From: a virus
Lineage: Duplodnaviria; Caudoviricetes
DNA: 64,000 nt
IMG/VR virus record: IMGVR_UViG_3300031867_000027
Location: 28,752 to 92,751 of that record
Direction: 5' to 3' (one strand)
Shown here: in pieces, positions 18,008-26,507 of the stretch
How positions within the stretch are numbered: the stretch's first letter is position 1
Layout: each line of letters begins with the position of its first letter
The notes under the pieces: model-generated
What the model saw: the letters and a program-made list of their open reading frames with translations, nothing else
The model's database searches: none
Told to the model about the DNA's origin: nothing
Translations under genes and position numbers: made by a program

Positions 18008-18608
18008 TGACGTATGGAAACCCGTAGTTGGTTATGAGGGACTATATGAAGTGTCTAATACAGGGACAGTTCGTGCATTAGAACGTACCGTCATGGGTAG
18101 AAATCAAGTAAGCACATTTAATAGAGTTTATCCTGCAAGAATATTGTCATTTCATTATTTACCACGGAACTACATTCAGGTATTTCTTGCTAAGAATGGG
18201 AAAACAAAGGGATATTTAGTTCATAGATTAGTAGCCGAAACATTCATACCTAATCCTGAGAATAAACCAGAAGTCAATCATAAGGATAGAAACCCAGCTA
18301 ATAATAATGTAGAAAATTTAGAGTGGGTGTCTAAACAAGAAAATATGGATCACGCAATAGCTACAGGTTGGAATCCAAAACTAAGTAGATTAGGCGCGAA
18401 AAGTACAGAATTGCACAAATTACGGCAGAGTTTGGCTTTAACAAATAGAAAAGATATATCCATACCGTGTAGGTGTATTGAAACCGGACAGGAATATCCA
18501 TCTATAAGCGAAGCCGTGAGGCAGACAAAATTAGGTTGGACTTCAATTAAACGATCTATTGATGAGCATAAATCAATATTCGGTAAATACACTTTTGAGT
18601 ATGTGTAG
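17976..18608 (+). CDS. NUMOD4-HNH homing endonuclease
   Basis: WKPVVGYEGLYEVSNTG.VR; VHRLVAETFIPNPENKPEVNHKD..PANN.VENLEW. Confidence 0.9.
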   Translation: MCYLMPSITGNDVWKPVVGYEGLYEVSNTGTVRALERTVMGRNQVSTFNRVYPARILSFHYLPRNYIQVFLAKNGKTKGYLVHRLVAETFIPNPENKPEVNHKDRNPANNNVENLEWVSKQENMDHAIATGWNPKLSRLGAKSTELHKLRQSLALTNRKDISIPCRCIETGQEYPSISEAVRQTKLGWTSIKRSIDEHKSIFGKYTFEYV

Positions 18609-18620
18609 GAGTGATTAATT

Positions 18621-19112
18621 GTGAATATAAAGAAGAATTATATCAAAGCAGATTCCACAAGTACAGAAATATCAACTAAGATTTCTGAGCAGGGAACAAT
18701 ATTCTATAGAATATCTCTTGATGATGTCATAGATTACTACTCGGATCCCAAGCGTAACGTATGGGTATGGAAATCATTCATTGAACTTGGTTGGAACTGC
18801 ATAAACTTTGATAATAGTTTATTCGGAAGTTACGTAGATGGCTCAGACCTATATCTCTGTGTGACCGACGGTATAGAGATTGATGTTGATGGTGTAGCTG
18901 TGAATCCGGAGCTGGCATTTGAAGAATATGATATATCAGATCTCAGTGAGTATATTCTTCCGGGTAATGATGGCATTATCAAGCGATACATCACTGAGGA
19001 TGAGATAAAGACCCCTATGTTTGACAAGTGGGCTGGTGAGATCATTGATGCCGGATATGACTTCACAGATATGGTGAAGTATGCAAATGAATTCTACGAC
19101 TTCACAACTTGA
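18621..19112 (+). CDS. hypothetical acidic protein
   Basis: AGGAGTGA RBS; N-terminal KKNYIKAD. Confidence 0.7.
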   Translation: MNIKKNYIKADSTSTEISTKISEQGTIFYRISLDDVIDYYSDPKRNVWVWKSFIELGWNCINFDNSLFGSYVDGSDLYLCVTDGIEIDVDGVAVNPELAFEEYDISDLSEYILPGNDGIIKRYITEDEIKTPMFDKWAGEIIDAGYDFTDMVKYANEFYDFTT

Positions 19113-19116
19113 TATA

Positions 19117-19845
19117 TCAGAGATTATCACATAATCGTTTATGTAGAACAATCAAAGCTTTAGGGTATGCATTCATAAGTTCAGCATATGGTATATCATA
19201 AAGCTTTGACAACTTCTTTATATCTCGCTCAGTAAGTTGCGATTCAGTTTCTATCATTTCCTGAATCAATAATTCTTCAATGGTGTCATATTCATCAGTC
19301 TGGTATTTTTCAATTCCCTGTACAGGTCTATTTGAGTGCAAGAATAGTTCAGCATCAGACATATTGACTGGGATGTTTGCACCCAATATAGACTTCAAAG
19401 CAAGCATCTGATCTGCCGGAAGTGTGACCTTTGATAAATCTTCATATGTGATTTCATTCCACGATTTACCTAATTGTTTTGCTGCTTTCATACAAGCACC
19501 TCGGCGTTTAGTATAACTAACAGTGGCATTGAATCTGCGGATTTCCTCAGCGATTCTTGGTTTGAAGAAAACTGCGAAAGATAAGTCATCTCGATACATA
19601 GGTGTCCATTTGTATTTCCACCACATACCCATAAACGAGAGAAGTGCTGATTGAAACTTATCCTCATAGGCTACATTCTCTACGAATGTAGATGATGCTA
19701 CATATCCAAAGAATGTATAGTTGAGGTCGATGATCTCATCTCGTTCTTTCTTACAGGCAATCCGAGCTTCCTTTTCCATAGGTAGAGAATCGTATATCTC
19801 AATGGTCCGGGTTTTGATGTACTGAGCATCATATGATTTTGGCAT
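19117..19845 (-). CDS. sigma70-family-like factor (putative late sigma)
   Basis: RDEIIDLN..F..VA...YEDKFQSA...SFAVFFKPRI.EEIRR resembles sigma region 2; GGAGGT RBS. Confidence 0.55.
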   Translation of the reverse strand: MPKSYDAQYIKTRTIEIYDSLPMEKEARIACKKERDEIIDLNYTFFGYVASSTFVENVAYEDKFQSALLSFMGMWWKYKWTPMYRDDLSFAVFFKPRIAEEIRRFNATVSYTKRRGACMKAAKQLGKSWNEITYEDLSKVTLPADQMLALKSILGANIPVNMSDAELFLHSNRPVQGIEKYQTDEYDTIEELLIQEMIETESQLTERDIKKLSKLYDIPYAELMNAYPKALIVLHKRLCDNL

Positions 19846-19957
19846 AGGTGTGTACCTCCAATCTAAAATATCCTTCTAACGATTATAACGATTGCAATTT
19901 TCAAAAAAATAATAAATTACTGATATATAAGGTTGAGTATACAGCTATGTATAAATC

Positions 19958-19990
19958 AAATGCCCCCAGCTTGTTCGCTGAGGGCATTTC
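19958..19990 (-). terminator. terminator hairpin
   Basis: AAATGCCC.CAGC...GCTGAGGGCATTT. Confidence 0.6.
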
Positions 19991-20006
19991 TATTGAATAA
20001 CTGTTC

Positions 20007-20843
20007 TTATTCATACATCTGAACATCAATAACCTTGAGATCATATGAAGCTGATGCCGGAATAATATAATCCTGTGTAGGTCCCATAAATACTATGTCG
20101 GTCTTACCATTAGTAGCTACACGCTTTTCACCACAATAAATGGCTTTTACTCCATCGCGCATAACTACTACTGCGGAATCAATAAGAGTATCATACTTGA
20201 GCACATCTGAAAATGTTTCACAGATCAGCTTAGGTGCAAGATACTGATCTGCAAACTTGGCAAAGACCTTGCGGAGATATGTGTATATCTCAGATTCCCT
20301 TGCTTTTGCCTTGTGGGATAACTTCTTCCCACTGATAATGTTCCTAATTACAGACTTTGTATCCTTGTCAAGATCTTCATATATAGAAGCAAGAATATCA
20401 GCCGCAAGGTGGATGTATGGATCAGATTCATCTTCTATATTATCAAATATATTGATTTCTCGGTCCTCAACATCTGTCTGATAGTTAGATATTGTATTAT
20501 AATATCTAAAGGATTCAGATTTGACCCTACGGAGACACCCCATACAGTTATAAGCTACCCGGTAGATATATGACCCTGTGTACTTCTTGGGATTAGCTGC
20601 GATAATCGGTACATTCTTCATAAGATACTGAAGTATGATGGATACTGCATCATCTTCTTCTGTGAATTCAGCTTCTGCTTTTGTCCAAGCAAGTGTGATT
20701 TCTGCAAAGAAGTTGATATATAGCGCAACTGCCTTATGCTCATCCGGAAGCACTAACCACTGTTCATAGGTAATAGGTGCAGATATACCTGTCGCTTCCA
20801 TAAATCTTGTTTTTGTCTCTGTGAATGCTTTGAAAGTTCCCAT
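20007..20843 (-). CDS. ECF-sigma-like protein, paralog of 22562..23179
   Basis: Start MGTFKAF after AAGGAG; LY..F..I...EDDAVS...QYLMKNV...YIYRVAYN. Confidence 0.5.
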   Translation of the reverse strand: MGTFKAFTETKTRFMEATGISAPITYEQWLVLPDEHKAVALYINFFAEITLAWTKAEAEFTEEDDAVSIILQYLMKNVPIIAANPKKYTGSYIYRVAYNCMGCLRRVKSESFRYYNTISNYQTDVEDREINIFDNIEDESDPYIHLAADILASIYEDLDKDTKSVIRNIISGKKLSHKAKARESEIYTYLRKVFAKFADQYLAPKLICETFSDVLKYDTLIDSAVVVMRDGVKAIYCGEKRVATNGKTDIVFMGPTQDYIIPASASYDLKVIDVQMYE

Positions 20844-21070
20844 AATTTCATTCTCCTTTTTGATGTGTTTCTGAATTTTGATATGCTTTATACTATTTAT
20901 AACGATTGCAAATTTTAATTTTTGTAAAACAAATGTTCGTCTATGTGAATGCAGAAATAACCGCAAAACAAAGCTTGCTTTTTTTTGAAGATAATTAATG
21001 TTCTGCGGCTATCTTCCCCTCATTGATGTATCTGACAACACTGAGAGGATAACTGTGTTGACTTTTACCA

Positions 21071-21099
21071 TTGACAAAATGGTGACGGTGGTGTATAAT
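21071..21099 (+). promoter_or_regulatory. sigmaA-type promoter, antisense to antirepressor
   Basis: TTGACA-17-TATAAT with GTGACGGTG in spacer. Confidence 0.65.
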
Positions 21100-21117
21100 A
21101 GTAGTACACACAAAAGA

Positions 21118-21972
21118 TTAATGTGGCTTCTTAGAAATCTGACTCTGTTCAATCATTGGTACTATACCATTCTTCTTGAGAAGTTCATATATGAACATTC
21201 TTCCTTTCTGAGTCCACATTGTAAATGGCTTAGAATCTCGGATACCATCACCTCCGGGGTAATCAACCATCTTAGTGTGAGTATATCCGTAACCAGCATA
21301 CTTAGCATAGAGAAGCCATTGACCATTCTGTAGATATTGTACACCCAGACCTTTAAGCATTCGATTCAGCCATACTGCTGATTTGCCATAATCCTTAGCG
21401 ATCTGTGTAGCCGTGATTAATCCCGGTGAATTCAATATCATCTGAGCATATGCTGCTACAGGTTTGAGCTTATCTATCTGTTGCGACTGCTGAAGATTCT
21501 TGATGTGAAGTTCCTCATTCTTCTCAGTGAGCTGTGCATTACGTTCTTTCTCAATTTGAACTTTGGCTCTTTCTTCTTTGAGTTGTGTAGCAAGACCAAT
21601 CACTAAGTCCGGATCATTAATTAGTCTGTCAAGTGTAGGTTCGGTCATATATGCTCCGTGTTTACGGATAGAGGGAAGCACTTCTGATGTGACCCAGTGC
21701 TTAAACTCTTTTGCCTTTTGGAGCTTGCTGCCAAACACAAGAGCATATACGCCAGATTCATTGATGAGCCAACCACCACGCTGTCCCAAACTCGATAACG
21801 ATTCGTTATTAAGTTTGTCCTCATCATCAACGTGGTCTGCGAGTGCCTTGCTTGCATTGCTATAGCCGAGAATCTCAGCCACATCCTTGCCTACAAAGTA
21901 GGGTATTCCATCTACTTCTATGATTCTGACAGCTCCGAAGATGTCATTTTTGAAAACTTGAATTCCATCCAT
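21118..21972 (-). CDS. phage antirepressor (BRO-N plus KilAC/ANT)
   Basis: FVGKDVAEILGY, INESGVY.L.F.S, WVTSEVLPSIRKHGAY, TQIAKDYG, WTQKGR.FIY. Confidence 0.92.
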   Translation of the reverse strand: MDGIQVFKNDIFGAVRIIEVDGIPYFVGKDVAEILGYSNASKALADHVDDEDKLNNESLSSLGQRGGWLINESGVYALVFGSKLQKAKEFKHWVTSEVLPSIRKHGAYMTEPTLDRLINDPDLVIGLATQLKEERAKVQIEKERNAQLTEKNEELHIKNLQQSQQIDKLKPVAAYAQMILNSPGLITATQIAKDYGKSAVWLNRMLKGLGVQYLQNGQWLLYAKYAGYGYTHTKMVDYPGGDGIRDSKPFTMWTQKGRMFIYELLKKNGIVPMIEQSQISKKPH

Positions 21973-22080
21973 ATCGGATATCTCCTTTCATTAATAAATT
22001 TTTGAAATCGCTAATCGTTATTATGAGTAGAGGGGCGATGTGGTATTACTCCTATACTCAATGTTGTATCTACTACAATT

Positions 22081-22133
22081 ATTATATTCCTAAAATACGT
22101 GGAAGTCAATAGTAATTCCTAAAAAATATGGAA
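22081..22133 (-). promoter_or_regulatory. antirepressor promoter with two TTCC-N10-GGAA operators
   Basis: Minus strand TTGACT-17-TATAAT; repeats at 22087-22104 and 22116-22133. Confidence 0.6.
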
Positions 22134-22168
22134 TTTGTAGACTTGCACATAAATGAGGTGACTGTTTT

Positions 22169-22483
22169 ATGTATAACCCACAATATACCGCATCAACAAT
22201 AAAGTCGAGAGCTAAATCATTAGGTATCACGATGAATGAACTTAATTCAAGGTGTGGTCTAAATAAGAACACCATCGCTATGTCTGCCGATTCTAAGGGT
22301 GGACTAAATGCGGCTACATTAAATAGTGTAGCGGATGTGTTGCAATGCTCCGTAGATTATCTGCTTGGTAGAAACACTCCGAGCTTTTCTGCTGAACACA
22401 CTGAATTAATTTATCTGTTTGACCAATTAAGCGATAGCAACAAGGAAGTTATAGCTAAACTATTAGTTGAACTCGGAAAATAA
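22169..22483 (+). CDS. XRE-family HTH repressor
   Basis: IKSRAKSLGITMNEL...L..VADVLQCSVDYLLGR. Confidence 0.85.
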   Translation: MYNPQYTASTIKSRAKSLGITMNELNSRCGLNKNTIAMSADSKGGLNAATLNSVADVLQCSVDYLLGRNTPSFSAEHTELIYLFDQLSDSNKEVIAKLLVELGK

Positions 22484-22561
22484 TGCAGAGCATTATCAGC
22501 GTACCATCCCCGGATATTCACTGAAAAGAATACTTCTCATATCAAAAAAGGGAATCCAATA

Positions 22562-23179
22562 TTAGGATTCCCTTTTATATTTATCAAATATTCGTTTAAG
22601 TTCTTTCAGCTTAGGTGATTTAGGTTTAGGACGATAGCCATTATATATACGTTCAATTATTTTCTGTTGTTGAATATTGAGTTGCTTTATAGTATCATAC
22701 ATTTCAGATTCAAGAATCAAATTATCATATAACTGCTCTAAATTTTCAGTCAGGTAATCATCTTCCGGTGTGTATGAATCATCCTCATACTGCTGTTCGC
22801 TATCATCTATAAGCGGTATTGTGTTTTCATATTCACCAATATCACGCTTGATTCTACCAAGAGCGTATATAGCATTGAATGCGATCTGATATATGTAGGC
22901 AGGGCAGTATCTATCTTTCTGTATAATAATCTTATCTACATTCTTCATAAGATACTGTATTACAGTTGATACTGCGGTTTCTTCCTCAATATATGGATAT
23001 TGTATTTTATTCTTCCTATAGGCAAGATGTATTTGATCATAAAACTGCACATATAAACCGATGGCTTTCAGGTCAGCTGGTAGCTGTTCCCACTCATAAT
23101 AATTATTTAGGTCATACGGATAGCAGTCTAATGATTCCTTAAACCGTGTATATGTTTGTCTAAATGCTGTTTTATTCAT
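22562..23179 (-). CDS. ECF-sigma-like protein, paralog of 20007..20843
   Basis: LYVQFYDQI...EEETAVS..IQYLMKNV...AYIYQIAFN; C-terminal IKQLNIQQQKII. Confidence 0.5.
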   Translation of the reverse strand: MNKTAFRQTYTRFKESLDCYPYDLNNYYEWEQLPADLKAIGLYVQFYDQIHLAYRKNKIQYPYIEEETAVSTVIQYLMKNVDKIIIQKDRYCPAYIYQIAFNAIYALGRIKRDIGEYENTIPLIDDSEQQYEDDSYTPEDDYLTENLEQLYDNLILESEMYDTIKQLNIQQQKIIERIYNGYRPKPKSPKLKELKRIFDKYKRES

Positions 23180-23214
23180 ATTATCACACTCCCTTTAAGG
23201 TTTTTTCTATTCTA

Positions 23215-23244
23215 ATTATATACTACCGTTACTACAACTGTCAA
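23215..23244 (-). promoter_or_regulatory. sigmaA-type early promoter
   Basis: TTGACA-18-TATAAT with GTAACGGTAGTA. Confidence 0.7.
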
Positions 23245-23249
23245 TACCC

Positions 23250-23620
23250 TACATATAATTTTCATATTTTAACCAAATACAGATAGTAAACCCTATGGAA
23301 GATTAAAAACAGTCTTTCCATAGGGATTTACTTTTTGAATATGCGATGTGGATGTGTCTAAAATTGAACAGTTTTAGTTTTTGAATTAGTAAACATAAAA
23401 TACATAGCTTTGAAAATAAAATAATTTTATATTCATAGAGTGTAGGTATATGGACTCATATACTGTTCAAAAATGAACCAATCGGCCTATAATACTTATA
23501 TAATACTTACTATAAAATTAATAAAGATATAATAAAATAGAAAAGTATTATAACAGATTTCAATTCCTTTTATTTTTTTTCAAGTAAAGCACTCCTATGT
23601 GGGGGTGTTTTTTATTTGTG
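23250..23620. other. AT-rich non-coding region, candidate replication origin
   Basis: Longest intergenic gap; hairpin near 23285-23333, TATAATACTTA repeats; directly upstream of replication operon. Confidence 0.35.
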
Positions 23621-23757
23621 ATTTTTCCAATCGTTATAATATGTGACAGCTTGTCACGTACTGAGTCATTCTTGAAAATATCAATCGTTATAATAAGTGA
23701 CAGGGCAAGCTATATCTTGATGGTATTATTGCCAAATAACAGCCGGAGGTTATAATT

Positions 23758-24789
23758 ATGCGAATTGCAGCAGTAAAGACACATTTAAGCAAGGCGTTGG
23801 AGAAGATTGAAGCATATGCTACAGCCGATACCGCTTATAATGCCAGCACACTTGATAAGTTTGAGGAATTGTCTGAAATGTGTATAAGGATGCACGAATT
23901 ACTGGCTTCTATTACTCATACAGATAGACAAAAGACTACGGATACAGCCGAAAAGGTTGATAGTATGCAATCCGCTATTGAGCAGCTTACTAAGCAGATG
24001 GCCAGTATGCAAGCTCAGATGGATCAGATTTCTGAGAAAGTGAATAGTACCGCTAATACTCCGAGTATAGTAGTGTCTACATCCACATCTGAATCTGATG
24101 CTGAGGAGAAAACAAGCATAGCAAGTGTAGTTGTACCTTCTATGGATGCTGATACAAGTACACAGATTGATATAAGCCGGGTTACGAAGAGGGAGAATTC
24201 TGAGAATGCAAAGAAAGCGGCAAAAGCATACGATGATGTATTACGCAAGATTGCCGCTTCACCCCAACCGTATTATGAATTGACCGATTTATGCAGATTG
24301 CTATATGATTGGCACAAGAAACGGTTTATGGATAATTACAAGTATAACTGCAAGTTCAAGTATTCGTATAAGCGTATTAGAAAGCTGATATGTCTGATAA
24401 CCATTGCTTATGGTTATCACGTTGAGCATAAAGACGTTGAGCAATTTATGTCTACATTTAGAGGATTTCTTGATAAGATAGGTACAGATCCGCAGACTAC
24501 GGATTGCTTTGCTGTGCCATATGAGATCAACCAGATGGAGAAGGATTATGATTCTTCATATGATAATGCAACAGCGGCAGCCTTGTATTATCAGCTGTGG
24601 GATCTGGGCTTGGGAGATATCTTAAAATGTGGACTTCCTATTGAGTACAGACCTGAATGTAATGGTATAGAAAAGTGCTTTACTTCAATTGATTATAGTA
24701 TACTCTATGATGCTAATGATAACCCGGAGCATTATCTGACATCTATGCCTACGTTAAACTCTATACCAAAGGATAAGGATTGGGAGTGA
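23758..24789 (+). CDS. hypothetical protein (coiled-coil N-terminus), first gene of replication operon
   Basis: GGAGG RBS; two promoter motifs upstream. Confidence 0.75.
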   Translation: MRIAAVKTHLSKALEKIEAYATADTAYNASTLDKFEELSEMCIRMHELLASITHTDRQKTTDTAEKVDSMQSAIEQLTKQMASMQAQMDQISEKVNSTANTPSIVVSTSTSESDAEEKTSIASVVVPSMDADTSTQIDISRVTKRENSENAKKAAKAYDDVLRKIAASPQPYYELTDLCRLLYDWHKKRFMDNYKYNCKFKYSYKRIRKLICLITIAYGYHVEHKDVEQFMSTFRGFLDKIGTDPQTTDCFAVPYEINQMEKDYDSSYDNATAAALYYQLWDLGLGDILKCGLPIEYRPECNGIEKCFTSIDYSILYDANDNPEHYLTSMPTLNSIPKDKDWE

Positions 24790-26507
24790 TGAATTTGCGA
24801 TTTACAAGTATCGCTGAGACTTTATCTTATCCGTCAAAGCTAAAAGCTACGTTGCAGAAGTATCATATTGACATTATAACTTATTGTTTATCTCATTATA
24901 AACCTACTAAGGTGTTCAAAGATAAGATCATTGCGACTATGAACAGAGTTACCGTGGCTGTTATGCAGGGGGATTCCATAGAACTGGATATGTCATCGGA
25001 TATTGATTCACTACTCAACAGTATAGCAGTAGATGCGTCCATAGTGATGTCTGACTATTTGGGTGCCTTGTATATAGATACGTCAAGAGTTGAGTGGGAT
25101 GTAGATGAGCACATAGCTACTGCGGCTGTAGAGTCTAAACCAACCACTCAGAACAAATCCGTAAGTCCATCACCTTCACAGACTGTTGTTCCGACTCCGA
25201 AGGAAGATCTATATCTTAGAGCTCCCAATGTTCCTTTATTTGATGTGGATAGACCGTGGCTTAACTTCTTCCATAATGGTGTTAATCACACTTTGTATAT
25301 GACAACTCCGGTTATACCTACAAAGCAGCGTGAGATAACTATAACTACTGATGTTAAGCTGATGAATTCATCTGATTTGATGAAACTATACCCTAACAAA
25401 TTCATTGCTACAAGAGCTCCGGTTATGTATACTCCGGTATCCGGTTTAGATTTTGATGATAGGTTAGGTATCATTTTCCCCATAGAAGGATTTACAAGGG
25501 AGCAGGTCAGGGAAAACATCATCAAGTACCCTCATCTGTATAAACTGGATAGGTGGGTAAATGATGAGTGTATAAGTTTATACCGGAATATTGAGATAAA
25601 TGGCAATATCTTTGATACGTTGACCATATGGGATGAACTACCTGAGAGTAAAGTTATACCTAAGACTTCTGAGTTCATCAAGGAGTATGTAGCACGTAGA
25701 TATCTACTTGAGCGTGATGCCGGGGTGCAACATAAATACCCTATGCGTGGTGCTCTGAATCCATTTCTCACGTTGTTCACTACATCAACTGAGTATGCAT
25801 CTATGGGTTATGCCGATCCCTTAGCTTTAGCCGAGCAATGTGTATCAGCCAGAGTAGCATACTGGACTTCACGGAATCCAATATATACGTTGTATAAGAA
25901 TCCCACTATGCCGGATTGTGCTTCCGGGAATTGTATATATAAGTCATTCTGTTCAAAGGCTGTGTGTGACAATGCGTGTCCTGCGCTGGTAGAGACTTCC
26001 TACTTGCAAGAGCGGAACGGTCTGATGAATAACACGCAGGTATTCAAGGAGAAGCAACAGGTCTATGATGGTATGCTAACGGCTTTGCACTCTGATAGGC
26101 TGTTGAATGTGCTTATATCTAATGATACTATATCTACCGCAAATGCATTAGCTTATGCTGCTATTTGTGAAAATTGGCAGGGTAACAGGTTACATTGTGC
26201 AGTATACAATCTCCGATACTCTAAGTATATTGATTCTATACAGCGGTCTTGGGGATTGAAGAATACTCCGGAAGCATTAGAGTATGAGCAGATATGGCTG
26301 TCTCAGGCTAAAGTGCTTATCATATCTAACCTTGACTATATTCAGTTCAAGGATTTCCACGCTCAAACCATATTGAATATACTTCAAGATAGAGCATCGC
26401 ATAATCTTCCTACATATATAGTTTCTCCGAAGCTGAGTAATCTTGTCGGTTCAGGAGCATTCTTTGGTAGATTGAAAACTATGATGGAGGGGGCGATTGT
26501 GAAATGA
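24780..26507 (+). CDS. protein with C-terminal DnaC/IstB-like helicase-loader domain, Walker motifs degenerate
   Basis: Cys cluster then KVLIISNLD, NILQDRASHNLPTYIVS, GRL; sits before DnaB. Confidence 0.55.
   Translation: MGVMNLRFTSIAETLSYPSKLKATLQKYHIDIITYCLSHYKPTKVFKDKIIATMNRVTVAVMQGDSIELDMSSDIDSLLNSIAVDASIVMSDYLGALYIDTSRVEWDVDEHIATAAVESKPTTQNKSVSPSPSQTVVPTPKEDLYLRAPNVPLFDVDRPWLNFFHNGVNHTLYMTTPVIPTKQREITITTDVKLMNSSDLMKLYPNKFIATRAPVMYTPVSGLDFDDRLGIIFPIEGFTREQVRENIIKYPHLYKLDRWVNDECISLYRNIEINGNIFDTLTIWDELPESKVIPKTSEFIKEYVARRYLLERDAGVQHKYPMRGALNPFLTLFTTSTEYASMGYADPLALAEQCVSARVAYWTSRNPIYTLYKNPTMPDCASGNCIYKSFCSKAVCDNACPALVETSYLQERNGLMNNTQVFKEKQQVYDGMLTALHSDRLLNVLISNDTISTANALAYAAICENWQGNRLHCAVYNLRYSKYIDSIQRSWGLKNTPEALEYEQIWLSQAKVLIISNLDYIQFKDFHAQTILNILQDRASHNLPTYIVSPKLSNLVGSGAFFGRLKTMMEGAIVK

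Noticed and set aside
20998-21333. Plus-strand 111-aa ORF and the many short antisense or nested ORFs in the track
   Set aside because: No RBS or recognisable motifs, and they overlap well-supported genes; only 9268..9678 and 47390..47626 were kept.
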